Shown in pieces: positions 47,721 to 56,136 of a DNA stretch of 64,000 bases (positions are counted from its first letter, which is position 1; each line of letters opens with the position of its first letter). Source of the stretch: Planctomycetota bacterium. Its GTDB lineage: Bacteria; Planctomycetota; SZUA-567; H5-PLA8. The notes under the pieces were generated by a model. The model was given only the letters and a program-made list of their open reading frames with translations. It was not told the origin of the DNA and did not search any database. Both the position numbers and the translations under genes were made by a program. The stretch is from the NCBI GenBank assembly GCA_038227875.1, contig JBBRPR010000010.1:96001-160000 (forward strand), read 5' to 3'.

Positions 47721-49361
47721 GTGGCTGGACTGGCGTATTCTGCGGGAATGATGCGACCGAAGGCGGCGGAGCCGATCCGTCTGCCGGCGGCGTTGATCTT
47801 TGCGGCGCTGGTCCATTTTATTCCGATGGTCTACCTGATCATGCCGGCTCCGCTGGTGCCGGATGAGACGGAAACCGTGTCGGTTGATTTGAATGACCTG
47901 CCGGATTTTGTGAGCGGCGCGGCGTCGCCTTCGCCAGCTCCAGAAGAACGGAAAGCCAACACGTCGTCCCTGTCTCCCGTGATTCCAAACGCGCCGGCTG
48001 CTCCTGACGTGGCGAAGCCAGCGACGCCCACTCCGCCGACGCCTCCTCCGCCTCCGGCCAAAGTTACTCCTCCTCCTCCAGCTACGCCGCCGGCCGTGAA
48101 AGCTCCGGCTCCGAAGGCGGCGCCGCTCGCACCGGCTCCTGCCCCTGCGCCGGCTAAACCGGCTCCGGAGAAGAAGGCCGATACGCTGGCGGTTTCGCCG
48201 TTGTCGAAGAATAACATGACGGCGTTCGATGACAGCAAAGTGACGACCGAGAAAGCGCCCGACGACGCATTCGCTTCCGACAAGAACAGCACGGCGGCGG
48301 ACAACGGGCCGAAGAATCTGCCGCGCGGGATGCCGTACAGCAAGGAAGGTCAGACGGATATTCAGACGACGCTGGGACACAGCGGCGAAGGTGACTTGCC
48401 GCCGATCACGGTTTCGCCGACGGCCGGTTCGATCAAGGTCGAAGGTTCTCCGGACGTGGGGAAGGGCATCGCGAGCACCAAGCCGGACGAAGAGCGGCCG
48501 CTGGCGTCGTTGAAGCCAGCGGACAATCCCGACGCGCGTTCGAAGCCCACGCCCGCTCCTGCGGCAGCGCCGACGAAGGCGAAGGACTCGACTAGCGCGC
48601 CGGAGATCGCGGAGAAGATCACGCCGAAGTCGAAGCCGCTCAACGCCGGCGCGGAGCGCGATCCGAGCGGCAATGGGACGATGCCGATCGGCGAGAACGT
48701 GCAGAAGGGGCCTGAGAAGACGGCCAAAGGCCTGACACGCAATCCCGACGAGACGCCACAACCGCTCGCGAAGATCGATGCGCCGGAAAGTACGTTCACG
48801 GCGGCGCCCGGATCGAAGCAGGACAAGAAGAAGGCGGAGATGGACGCGTTTGCGGCGCTGCTCGACGGAGCTTCCAACACGAATGGGAACGGCGGGGCGA
48901 CGGGCACCAAAGTCGGCGGAGCGGGGCGGCCGGGCCAGAAGGGCCATGAAGGCGACGGCACGCTGCGGCCTGGCGACCAGAACGCGGTGAGCGAGCTTGC
49001 GATGATCAATCTGCATTCCAGCGCTGAAGAAGCGGGCGGGACGCGGTTTGCCAAGCGGCTGGATCCGGTCGCGGCGTATTTTCGGCCGATCATCCGGCGC
49101 ATCGATGCGAAGTGGCGCGCTCGCGTGGCGACGACGCGCACGCGCGCGGTGACCGGGATGGTGACGGTCTGCTTGACCATGGAGCGTTCAGGCAAGCGCG
49201 TGGGTACGGAGGTTGTCGAGCGCAGCGAAGGGTTGCCGGACGAGTACGTCGAGATGGTGAAGGACGCGGTGGAGCAGGCGACGACGCCGACGGCGGAGCC
49301 GTTCACCGGCGATCTGGCGAAGGACAATCGGACGTCGATGACGTTTACGTTTTTTTATTGA
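47721..49361 (+). CDS. TonB/TolA-like protein (TM, Pro-rich linker, C-terminal TonB-like domain)
   Basis: AALVHF TM with His, long P/A/K-rich stalk, Y...I.RRI...W...GMVTV.L....SG, terminal FTFFY. Confidence 0.7.
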   Translation: MAGLAYSAGMMRPKAAEPIRLPAALIFAALVHFIPMVYLIMPAPLVPDETETVSVDLNDLPDFVSGAASPSPAPEERKANTSSLSPVIPNAPAAPDVAKPATPTPPTPPPPPAKVTPPPPATPPAVKAPAPKAAPLAPAPAPAPAKPAPEKKADTLAVSPLSKNNMTAFDDSKVTTEKAPDDAFASDKNSTAADNGPKNLPRGMPYSKEGQTDIQTTLGHSGEGDLPPITVSPTAGSIKVEGSPDVGKGIASTKPDEERPLASLKPADNPDARSKPTPAPAAAPTKAKDSTSAPEIAEKITPKSKPLNAGAERDPSGNGTMPIGENVQKGPEKTAKGLTRNPDETPQPLAKIDAPESTFTAAPGSKQDKKKAEMDAFAALLDGASNTNGNGGATGTKVGGAGRPGQKGHEGDGTLRPGDQNAVSELAMINLHSSAEEAGGTRFAKRLDPVAAYFRPIIRRIDAKWRARVATTRTRAVTGMVTVCLTMERSGKRVGTEVVERSEGLPDEYVEMVKDAVEQATTPTAEPFTGDLAKDNRTSMTFTFFY

Positions 49362-49467
49362 GCGTTTTTTTGTGTTTCGTCTAGCGCCTGAATAATTGTC
49401 AAAATTCGAATGACTAACCCGCGAGGGGTGGCGCGCGTCCGATGGTTCACTTCGCCGCGCGCGCCTC

Positions 49468-49523
49468 GCACGGATGAACAGGTGTTTTCGCTCCGCTCAA
49501 ACACCTGCGCATCCGTGGCACCA
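49468..49523 (-). repeat. 56-bp hairpin element (family A)
   Basis: GCACGGATGAACAGGTGTTTTCGCTCCGCTCAAACACCTGCGCATCCGTGGCACCA. Confidence 0.9.
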
Positions 49524-49528
49524 GATCA

Positions 49529-51787
49529 TTACGCGGTTGGCGTCGTGGTAGCGATGACGGGGGTGACGACGGGGGCGGTTTTGGCTTTGCGGCCCCAGAC
49601 GCGGACGGGGAGCACCACCATCGGCAGGCCCTGCCACTGCAACCGGCGCTGCACGGCGAACGCGGTTTCGTTGTGGAGGAAGCGCTGGTACCACGCGTCG
49701 CGTTGGAAGACCAACTGCCCGGCAAAGAACGTCGAGTGCGGGAAGCGCAGGCCGACTTCGACGCAGAGTTCTTCCAGACCAGCGACAGGATCCTGGCCGA
49801 TCAGCATCATGCTCGTGGTCGCCAGACCCATCTTGCGGGCGAGGGCCTCGTACTTTTTCAGCGTCGCTTCGGTCTCAGTGCGGAGCCGCTCGGTTTCTTC
49901 GGCGCCTTTGAAGTTGCCGGAGTCGATGATGCCGACGGAGACGAAGACGATCTGTTCGTAGTGCTTCGGGAAGAGCCGGAAAATCTGCGCCAGAGCGTGG
50001 AGTCCCAGCCCGCCGTACTGGCCGACGAGGAGCACGGCGGTCGGCTTCTTCACGTCCATCTTGCGGTCGGTTTCGGGATGCGAGGGCATCTCCATTTCTT
50101 CGACGCTGAGCATGCCCAGCTTCTGGTAGACGACGCGGTAGTAGCGCTTGATCAGCAGGCAGACGGTGATCAAGAGCGACGTGACGACCAGTGTCATCCA
50201 CGCGCCTTCAGCGAACTTTTCGATCACGACGATGGTAAGAATCGAAACGCAGAGCGTCAGGCCGGTCATGTGGATCGGCAGCGCGTGCTTCCATTCTTTG
50301 TGTTCCTTGCGGTGCGTGATGTAGAACTTGCACATGCCCAGCTCGGTCAGCGAGAAGGTGATGAAGACGTTGATCGAGTACATCGTCACCAGCGTTTCGA
50401 CTTTTCCGCCGGTGTACCAGAGCGCCAGGATCGAGGCGGCGCCCATCAGCAGCACGCCGTAATGCATGGTCAGACGTTCGGAGAGCGAACTGAGGCGGTG
50501 CGGCAACCACGAATCGAGGGCCATGTTGGCCATCACGCGCGGGCCATCGATGAAGCCGGTCTGCGCGGCGATGAGCAGCAGCAGCGCTTCGGCGATGAGC
50601 GTCAGCACGACAAACCAGTTGCCGAAGAATTTGCTGCCGGTTGTGAGGCTTTCGAGCAGGCGGGCATTCAGCGGCTTATCCATGTCGACGGGATCGTAGA
50701 CGACTTCGATCGATTTGCCGTCGGCACTGATGATCTTGCCGTCGCTTTCAGCCGCCAGCGCCATGCCGCCGCCGTCGGCGAGGATCTGCCCCTTCTTGAT
50801 GCTGCGTTCGAGTTCGTTCTCGGTGGCTTTGTGGTCTTCGGCGACTTCCACCGGCGCGGCGGTTTCCTGCGGCTTCACTTTCAGCTTCATTTCCGTGTTG
50901 GTCAGCTCGTACTTTTTGGTGAACGTGTTGCTCGGCAGGCTGACGTTGAGCAGCTGGTACGCGAGGAGAATTCCGCCGGCGGTGATGGCCAGCGAGACGG
51001 CCATGTAGACCATGGTGCGCTTGCCGGTTTCGACTTTCGGTTCGCGCATGATGGCCAGGCCGTTGGAGACGGCTTCGATGCCGGTGAACGTTCCGGCGCC
51101 CATCGAGTAAGCCTTGGCGAAGATCAGGAAGAGCGCCCAGCCGCCGAGCTTGATGTAATCGGCGTGGAGCTGCGTCTTGACCGTGTGCGCGACGACGGGG
51201 ATGTCGTGGTAGTGCGTGATGAACGCCGAGCCGAGCATGATCGCGTGCGTGGCGAGGAAGAGCAGAAAGATCGGAACGAGGACGGTGATCGATTCCTTGA
51301 CGCCGCGGAGATTCATGACGATGAGCATGACGATCGCCGCGTACTGCACGGGCAATTTGAAGGCTTGGTAGTTCTCCGGCAGAAACGCGAAAATGGCATC
51401 GGCGCCAGAAGCGATCGAGACGGTGATGGTCAGCACGTAGTCGATCAACAGGGCGCTACCGGAAACGAGTCCGGCGTGCGTGCCGAGCAGTTTCGTCGCG
51501 ACGACGTAACCGCCGCCGCCGGTCGGGAAGTGTTCGATGATGCGGCTGTACGCAAACGAGATGACGAAGACCGTCACGGCCGTGGCGATGGCGAGGAAGA
51601 CGGCCAGTTCCGTGTGCGTGCCGAGGCGGCGGAAGGCTTCGTCGGGGCCGTAGGCCGAGGAACTCAAGCCGTCAGCACCCAGGCCGATCCAGGCGAGGAA
51701 CGCGACGAGCGAAATCTTGTGAAAGATGTGCGGGTCTTCGACGTCCTTGGGCTTGCCGACGAGCACCCGTTTCAATGTTGCGAGCAC
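49529..51787 (-). CDS. APC-superfamily transporter, KimA/YdaO-like (probable K+ importer)
   Basis: GADGLSSSAYGPDE, FPTGGGGYVVA, LLIDYVLTITVSI, NLRGVKES, TGIEAVSNG, LHNETAF; GTG start with AAGGAG RBS. Confidence 0.85.
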   Translation of the reverse strand: MLATLKRVLVGKPKDVEDPHIFHKISLVAFLAWIGLGADGLSSSAYGPDEAFRRLGTHTELAVFLAIATAVTVFVISFAYSRIIEHFPTGGGGYVVATKLLGTHAGLVSGSALLIDYVLTITVSIASGADAIFAFLPENYQAFKLPVQYAAIVMLIVMNLRGVKESITVLVPIFLLFLATHAIMLGSAFITHYHDIPVVAHTVKTQLHADYIKLGGWALFLIFAKAYSMGAGTFTGIEAVSNGLAIMREPKVETGKRTMVYMAVSLAITAGGILLAYQLLNVSLPSNTFTKKYELTNTEMKLKVKPQETAAPVEVAEDHKATENELERSIKKGQILADGGGMALAAESDGKIISADGKSIEVVYDPVDMDKPLNARLLESLTTGSKFFGNWFVVLTLIAEALLLLIAAQTGFIDGPRVMANMALDSWLPHRLSSLSERLTMHYGVLLMGAASILALWYTGGKVETLVTMYSINVFITFSLTELGMCKFYITHRKEHKEWKHALPIHMTGLTLCVSILTIVVIEKFAEGAWMTLVVTSLLITVCLLIKRYYRVVYQKLGMLSVEEMEMPSHPETDRKMDVKKPTAVLLVGQYGGLGLHALAQIFRLFPKHYEQIVFVSVGIIDSGNFKGAEETERLRTETEATLKKYEALARKMGLATTSMMLIGQDPVAGLEELCVEVGLRFPHSTFFAGQLVFQRDAWYQRFLHNETAFAVQRRLQWQGLPMVVLPVRVWGRKAKTAPVVTPVIATTTPTA

Positions 51788-51844
51788 AGCTTCTCCTTTG
51801 GCGATGGGCCAGAAAGCGTTGAGAATCACGATACTCAGCGGCGC

Positions 51845-51892
51845 ATCAGGAAGCCGTAAAGCTTGAATGACCGGGCATTAAAATGTTGTTAA
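51845..51892 (-). promoter_or_regulatory. Putative KdpE/OmpR-type direct-repeat binding sites
   Basis: Minus strand TTAAC-N6-TTAAT and TTTAC-N6-CTGAT, 11-bp period, upstream of the transporter. Confidence 0.35.
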
Positions 51893-52060
51893 GAAGGTGG
51901 CGTTGCACCGGGGTGCTCGTTGTGTAGTTGTATTAAAGTTGGAATTTAACCACGTAAAAATAGCGCTGAAATACTAACGCACTCTTAACGACATCCGGCT
52001 CCATCAAAACATCATTTTGACAGGCGAAAAGGTACTCTTCAGTCGTGGGAGGACCTGATC

Positions 52061-52585
52061 ATGAACTACGTTAATGCTCGCTTCCGAACGCTTCGCAGTC
52101 ACGCGGCTCAGTGGGTGGACGCATTTCGCGAGACGGTTTCGAAGTGGAAATTAGGCCGCGTAAGCCGGCGCGTGTTGGGCGAAATTCCGCGCGCGACGCC
52201 GCGACTCGGGCTGAAGTACCAGGAACTGGACGAACAGGAACTGGCGCTGCGAATTCTGCAGCACGTCGATGAATGTGTTTCACTGCAGCGCTACGCGCGG
52301 GAGCTGGAAATCTGTCCGGACGTGCTGCCGGCGTTCCGGGAGCAGGCTCATACCGCCGATGAACTGGCCTTCATGCTTTCACTTATTCCGCGCATGAATG
52401 AATGTCCGCAACTGGCGCGCGCACACCGGGCGCTGACGCGGTACTGGACAAACGCGTGGACCGGCGGTGGAGTGAGCGATTCGGAGTACCGCTGCACGCT
52501 GAAGGGCGCGGCGTTGTATCTGCGGCAGCACGTGGAGCCGGTCGGCCCGACGGTGGATCTGGCGGAGATGCTGGCGCGCGGGTAA
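52061..52585 (+). CDS. Hypothetical protein
   Basis: 174-aa ORF, GGAGG RBS, no family recognised. Confidence 0.6.
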   Translation: MNYVNARFRTLRSHAAQWVDAFRETVSKWKLGRVSRRVLGEIPRATPRLGLKYQELDEQELALRILQHVDECVSLQRYARELEICPDVLPAFREQAHTADELAFMLSLIPRMNECPQLARAHRALTRYWTNAWTGGGVSDSEYRCTLKGAALYLRQHVEPVGPTVDLAEMLARG

Positions 52586-52631
52586 GACTCTCTGCTTTGC
52601 GGGTGACCGCGAGTATGCGATAATCATCGGA

Positions 52632-55331
52632 ATGGAAGACAAGCGACCCGATCCGGAGGCACTGCTCGACCGCGCCAACGCGGAAGAGCTGCGCCAGAAG
52701 CGGGGGCGACTGAAGATTTTTTTCGGCGCATCCGCGGGCGTCGGGAAGACCTACGCCATGCTGGAAGCGGCGAAGGCGCGCAAGGCGGAAGGCGCCGACG
52801 TGGTCATCGGCGTGGTCGAAACGCACGGCCGCAAAGAGACCGAGGCGCTGGTTAACGGCCTGGAAATTCTGCCACTCAAATCGATCGAGTACCGCGGCGC
52901 AACGCTGCGGGAGTTTGATCTCGCCGGCGCGCTGGCGCGGCGCCCGCGGATTATTCTGATCGACGAGCTGGCGCATTCGAACGCGGAAGGCTCCAGGCAT
53001 TCCAAACGCTACAAGGATGTCGCGGAGCTGCTCGACGCGGGCATTGACGTTTACACGACCGTGAACGTCCAGCATCTCGAGAGTCTCAACGATGTCGTGG
53101 CGCAGATCACGCATGTCTCGGTGCGCGAAACGATTCCCGACGCGGTGATCGAACAGGCCGACGAAATCGAGCTGATCGATCTGCCGCCGGACGATCTGCT
53201 GCGGCGTTTGAAGGAAGGGAAGGTCTACGTTCCGTCCCAGGCGGAGCGTGCGGCTGCGAATTTTTTCCGCAAGGGCAACCTGATCGCGCTGCGTGAACTG
53301 GCGCTGCGCTGCACGGCTGAGCGCGTGAACCGGCAGGTCCAGTCGTACCGCGAAGAGCAGTCGATCAAAAGCATGTGGCCGACGGCCGACCGGATTCTGG
53401 TCTGCGTCAGCGCCAGCCCATTATCGGAGCGGCTGGTGCGCGCGGGGCGGCGCATGGCGGCGGGGCTGGGCGCGGAGTGGTTTGCGGTCTCCGTCGAGAC
53501 GCCGGCGCAGGTGAACATGCCGGAGCGCGATCGCCAGCAGCTCAAGCACAACCTGGGTCTCGCGGCGCAACTGGGCGCGGAGGTGCTGACACTGCAAGGC
53601 GCGAGCATGGTCAGTGAAATTCTGCTTTACGCGACGCGGCGGAACATCACGAAGATTATTGTCGGCAAACCCACGCGCTCGCGCTGGCTGGATCGCCTTT
53701 TCGGTTCACCGGTCGACGAGTTGATTCGTCAGAGCGGCGATGTCGACGTGTACGTGATCAAAGGTGATGCGGAGACGTCCTCACAGGTTCGCAGATTGCC
53801 CGAGCAGCATCCGGTGCCCGGCGCGAATTATGCGTGGGCGATTGGCACGGTGGCGCTGAGCACGGCGCTCTGCTGGCCGATGTTTCACGAGTATCATTTC
53901 GAACGATCGAATCTGATCATGTTGTATCTGCTCGGCGTAGTGGTGATCGCGGCGCGATTGGGTTTGGGGCCGGCGATTGTGACCTCGGTGCTGGGTGTGG
54001 CGGCGTTCGACTTTTTTTACGTCGAGCCTTTCTACACGTTCGCGGTGCGCGACTCGCAATTCTTCGTGACGTTTCTGGTGATGCTGGCGGTCTCGATCGT
54101 AATTAGTTCGCTGACGTCGCGCATCCAGCGGCAGGCGGGCGTGGCCAGCGTGCGTGAGCGGCGCACGGCGGCGCTGTATTCCATGACGCGGCAGTTGTCG
54201 AGCACGCGCGGGATGGAGCGGCTGCTGCAGATTGCGGTGCAGCATGTCAGCGAGGTTTTCGAAAGCGATGTGGTCGGCTTGATGCCGGACGCGGATGGCC
54301 GGTTGCTGGTCCGCGCGGGCAATGAGAAGTTTCCATTCTCGCCGCGAGAACGGAGCGTGGCGCAGTGGGTGTTTGACCTGGGGCGGCCGGCGGGCATGGG
54401 CACCGATACGCTGCCGGCGGCCGAAGCGATGTATGTGCCGCTGATGGCGACGCGCGGTCCGGTCGGCGTGCTGGGAGTGCATCCGGCGCGACCCAGCCGG
54501 CTGCTGACGGCCGATCAGATCCAGTTGCTGGAGGCATTCGCCAGCCAGGCGGCGCTCGCGATTGAGTGCGATCGTCTCGCGGACGAAGCGCAGAAGGCGC
54601 AGGTGGAGGCCGAGACGGAAAAATCGCGCAGCACGCTGCTGAGTTCTGTCTCGCACGATTTGCGCACGCCGCTGGCCTCGATTACCGGCGCGTCGAGCAG
54701 TCTGCTCGAAGAGAACCGCCTGCCGGAGGCAGCGCGGCGCGAGTTGCTCGAGACCATTCACGAAGAGTCGGCGCGCATGACGCGGCTGGTGGCCAATCTG
54801 CTGGAGATGACCAAGCTGGAAGCGGGCACGAAGATGAAGAAGGAATGGTGCCCGCTGGAGGAAGTGGTTGGCGGCGCTTTGACGCGGCTGGAAAAAACGT
54901 TGCGCGACCATCCGGTCACGGTGAAATTGGCGCCCGATCTGCCACTGGTGCCGCAAGACGTGATTTTAATGGAGCAGGTCTTCACCAATCTGCTCGAGAA
55001 TGTGGTGAAGTACACTCCGACGGGAACGGCCGTGGACATTTCCGCGATCGTGGAGAACAATGAAGTGCGCGTCGACGTAGCCGATCGTGGTCCAGGTTTG
55101 CAGAGCGGCGACGAGAAGAAGATTTTCGACAAATTCTACCGCGGCAAGGGCGCTGGCGCGTCGCGCGGCGCGGGATTGGGGTTGGCGATTTGCCGCGCGA
55201 TTGTCGAAGCTCACGGCGGTAAGATCTGGGCGGAGAATCGCGTGGACGGCGGCGCGGTTTTCCGGTTTACGCTCCCTTTAAAGGGGGAGAAGCCCGTGAC
55301 AGAACAACTTCCCGAGGTCCAGGTTTCGTAA
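52632..55331 (+). CDS. kdpD: K+-sensing histidine kinase KdpD
   Basis: GRLKIFFGASAGVGKTYAML, DELAHSN, NVQHLESLND, Usp domain, four TMs, GAF, SHDLRTPL, GLGLAIC. Confidence 0.97.
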   Translation: MEDKRPDPEALLDRANAEELRQKRGRLKIFFGASAGVGKTYAMLEAAKARKAEGADVVIGVVETHGRKETEALVNGLEILPLKSIEYRGATLREFDLAGALARRPRIILIDELAHSNAEGSRHSKRYKDVAELLDAGIDVYTTVNVQHLESLNDVVAQITHVSVRETIPDAVIEQADEIELIDLPPDDLLRRLKEGKVYVPSQAERAAANFFRKGNLIALRELALRCTAERVNRQVQSYREEQSIKSMWPTADRILVCVSASPLSERLVRAGRRMAAGLGAEWFAVSVETPAQVNMPERDRQQLKHNLGLAAQLGAEVLTLQGASMVSEILLYATRRNITKIIVGKPTRSRWLDRLFGSPVDELIRQSGDVDVYVIKGDAETSSQVRRLPEQHPVPGANYAWAIGTVALSTALCWPMFHEYHFERSNLIMLYLLGVVVIAARLGLGPAIVTSVLGVAAFDFFYVEPFYTFAVRDSQFFVTFLVMLAVSIVISSLTSRIQRQAGVASVRERRTAALYSMTRQLSSTRGMERLLQIAVQHVSEVFESDVVGLMPDADGRLLVRAGNEKFPFSPRERSVAQWVFDLGRPAGMGTDTLPAAEAMYVPLMATRGPVGVLGVHPARPSRLLTADQIQLLEAFASQAALAIECDRLADEAQKAQVEAETEKSRSTLLSSVSHDLRTPLASITGASSSLLEENRLPEAARRELLETIHEESARMTRLVANLLEMTKLEAGTKMKKEWCPLEEVVGGALTRLEKTLRDHPVTVKLAPDLPLVPQDVILMEQVFTNLLENVVKYTPTGTAVDISAIVENNEVRVDVADRGPGLQSGDEKKIFDKFYRGKGAGASRGAGLGLAICRAIVEAHGGKIWAENRVDGGAVFRFTLPLKGEKPVTEQLPEVQVS

Positions 55332-56030
55332 ATGTCAGACACCGCGCCGGTCATCTTAGTCATCGAAGACGAGCCGCAGATCCGCCGCTTTTTGCGCGCG
55401 ACGCTGGGCAGCCAGGGCTACACGCTGTTGGAAGCGACGACGGCGCAGGAAGGCCTGAGCGAAGCGGCGTCGCATCCGCCGGACATTGTGCTTTTGGATC
55501 TCGGCCTGCCGGACATGGATGGCCTGGAGGTCGTGCAGCGACTGCGCGAGTGGACGACGGTGCCGATCATCATTATTTCAGCACGGGGACAGGAGCACGA
55601 TAAAGTCGCGGGACTGGACGCCGGCGCCGACGATTACCTCACCAAGCCGTTCGGCGTCGCGGAACTGATGGCGCGCGTACGCGTGGCGATGCGGCACGCC
55701 AACCGGACGCTCAACGATGGCGCAGATTCGGTCTTCAAGACGGGTGATCTGGAAGTGGACCTCGCGCACCGCAATGTTCGCGTGGGCGAGAAAGAGATTC
55801 GGCTGACGCCGATTGAATTCAAGCTGCTGGGACTGCTGGTGAAGCACGCAGGAAAAGTGCTGACCCACCGGCAGATCCTGAAGGAAGTCTGGGGACCGAA
55901 TTACGCGGAAGAGAGTCACTATCTGCGGGTTTTCGTGCATCAGTTGCGCCATAAACTCGAAGCGGACCCCGCGAAGCCAAAGTACCTCGTGACGGAAGCG
56001 GGTGTGGGGTATCGGTTGCGCACGGAGTGA
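55332..56030 (+). CDS. kdpE: Response regulator KdpE
   Basis: IEDEPQIRRFL, LDLGLPDMDG, HYLRVFVHQLRHKLEADPAKPKYLVTE; directly after kdpD. Confidence 0.95.
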   Translation: MSDTAPVILVIEDEPQIRRFLRATLGSQGYTLLEATTAQEGLSEAASHPPDIVLLDLGLPDMDGLEVVQRLREWTTVPIIIISARGQEHDKVAGLDAGADDYLTKPFGVAELMARVRVAMRHANRTLNDGADSVFKTGDLEVDLAHRNVRVGEKEIRLTPIEFKLLGLLVKHAGKVLTHRQILKEVWGPNYAEESHYLRVFVHQLRHKLEADPAKPKYLVTEAGVGYRLRTE

Positions 56031-56037
56031 AGGGCGA

Positions 56038-56077
56038 TTCTCGCCAGGCAAATTTGCCTGATGTTGGCTTTTGACCA
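56038..56077. repeat. AAATTT-centred palindrome with linker (family B)
   Basis: CAGGCAAATTTGCCTG (56045-56060) followed by the reverse complement of TGGTCAAAAGCCAACAT. Confidence 0.8.
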
Positions 56078-56136
56078 CTGCGTGCCTTTGAAACTGACGC
56101 TCGCGGGTTGAGAGCCTGCGGTACAATGCGCGCGGC

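Noticed and set aside
49673..51859. 728-aa plus-strand ORF, and similar long ORFs at 1202-2554, 5689-7572, 26427-28124, 36670-38007 and 38032-40116
   Set aside because: Antisense shadows of well-supported genes, expected in high-GC DNA; no recognisable motifs
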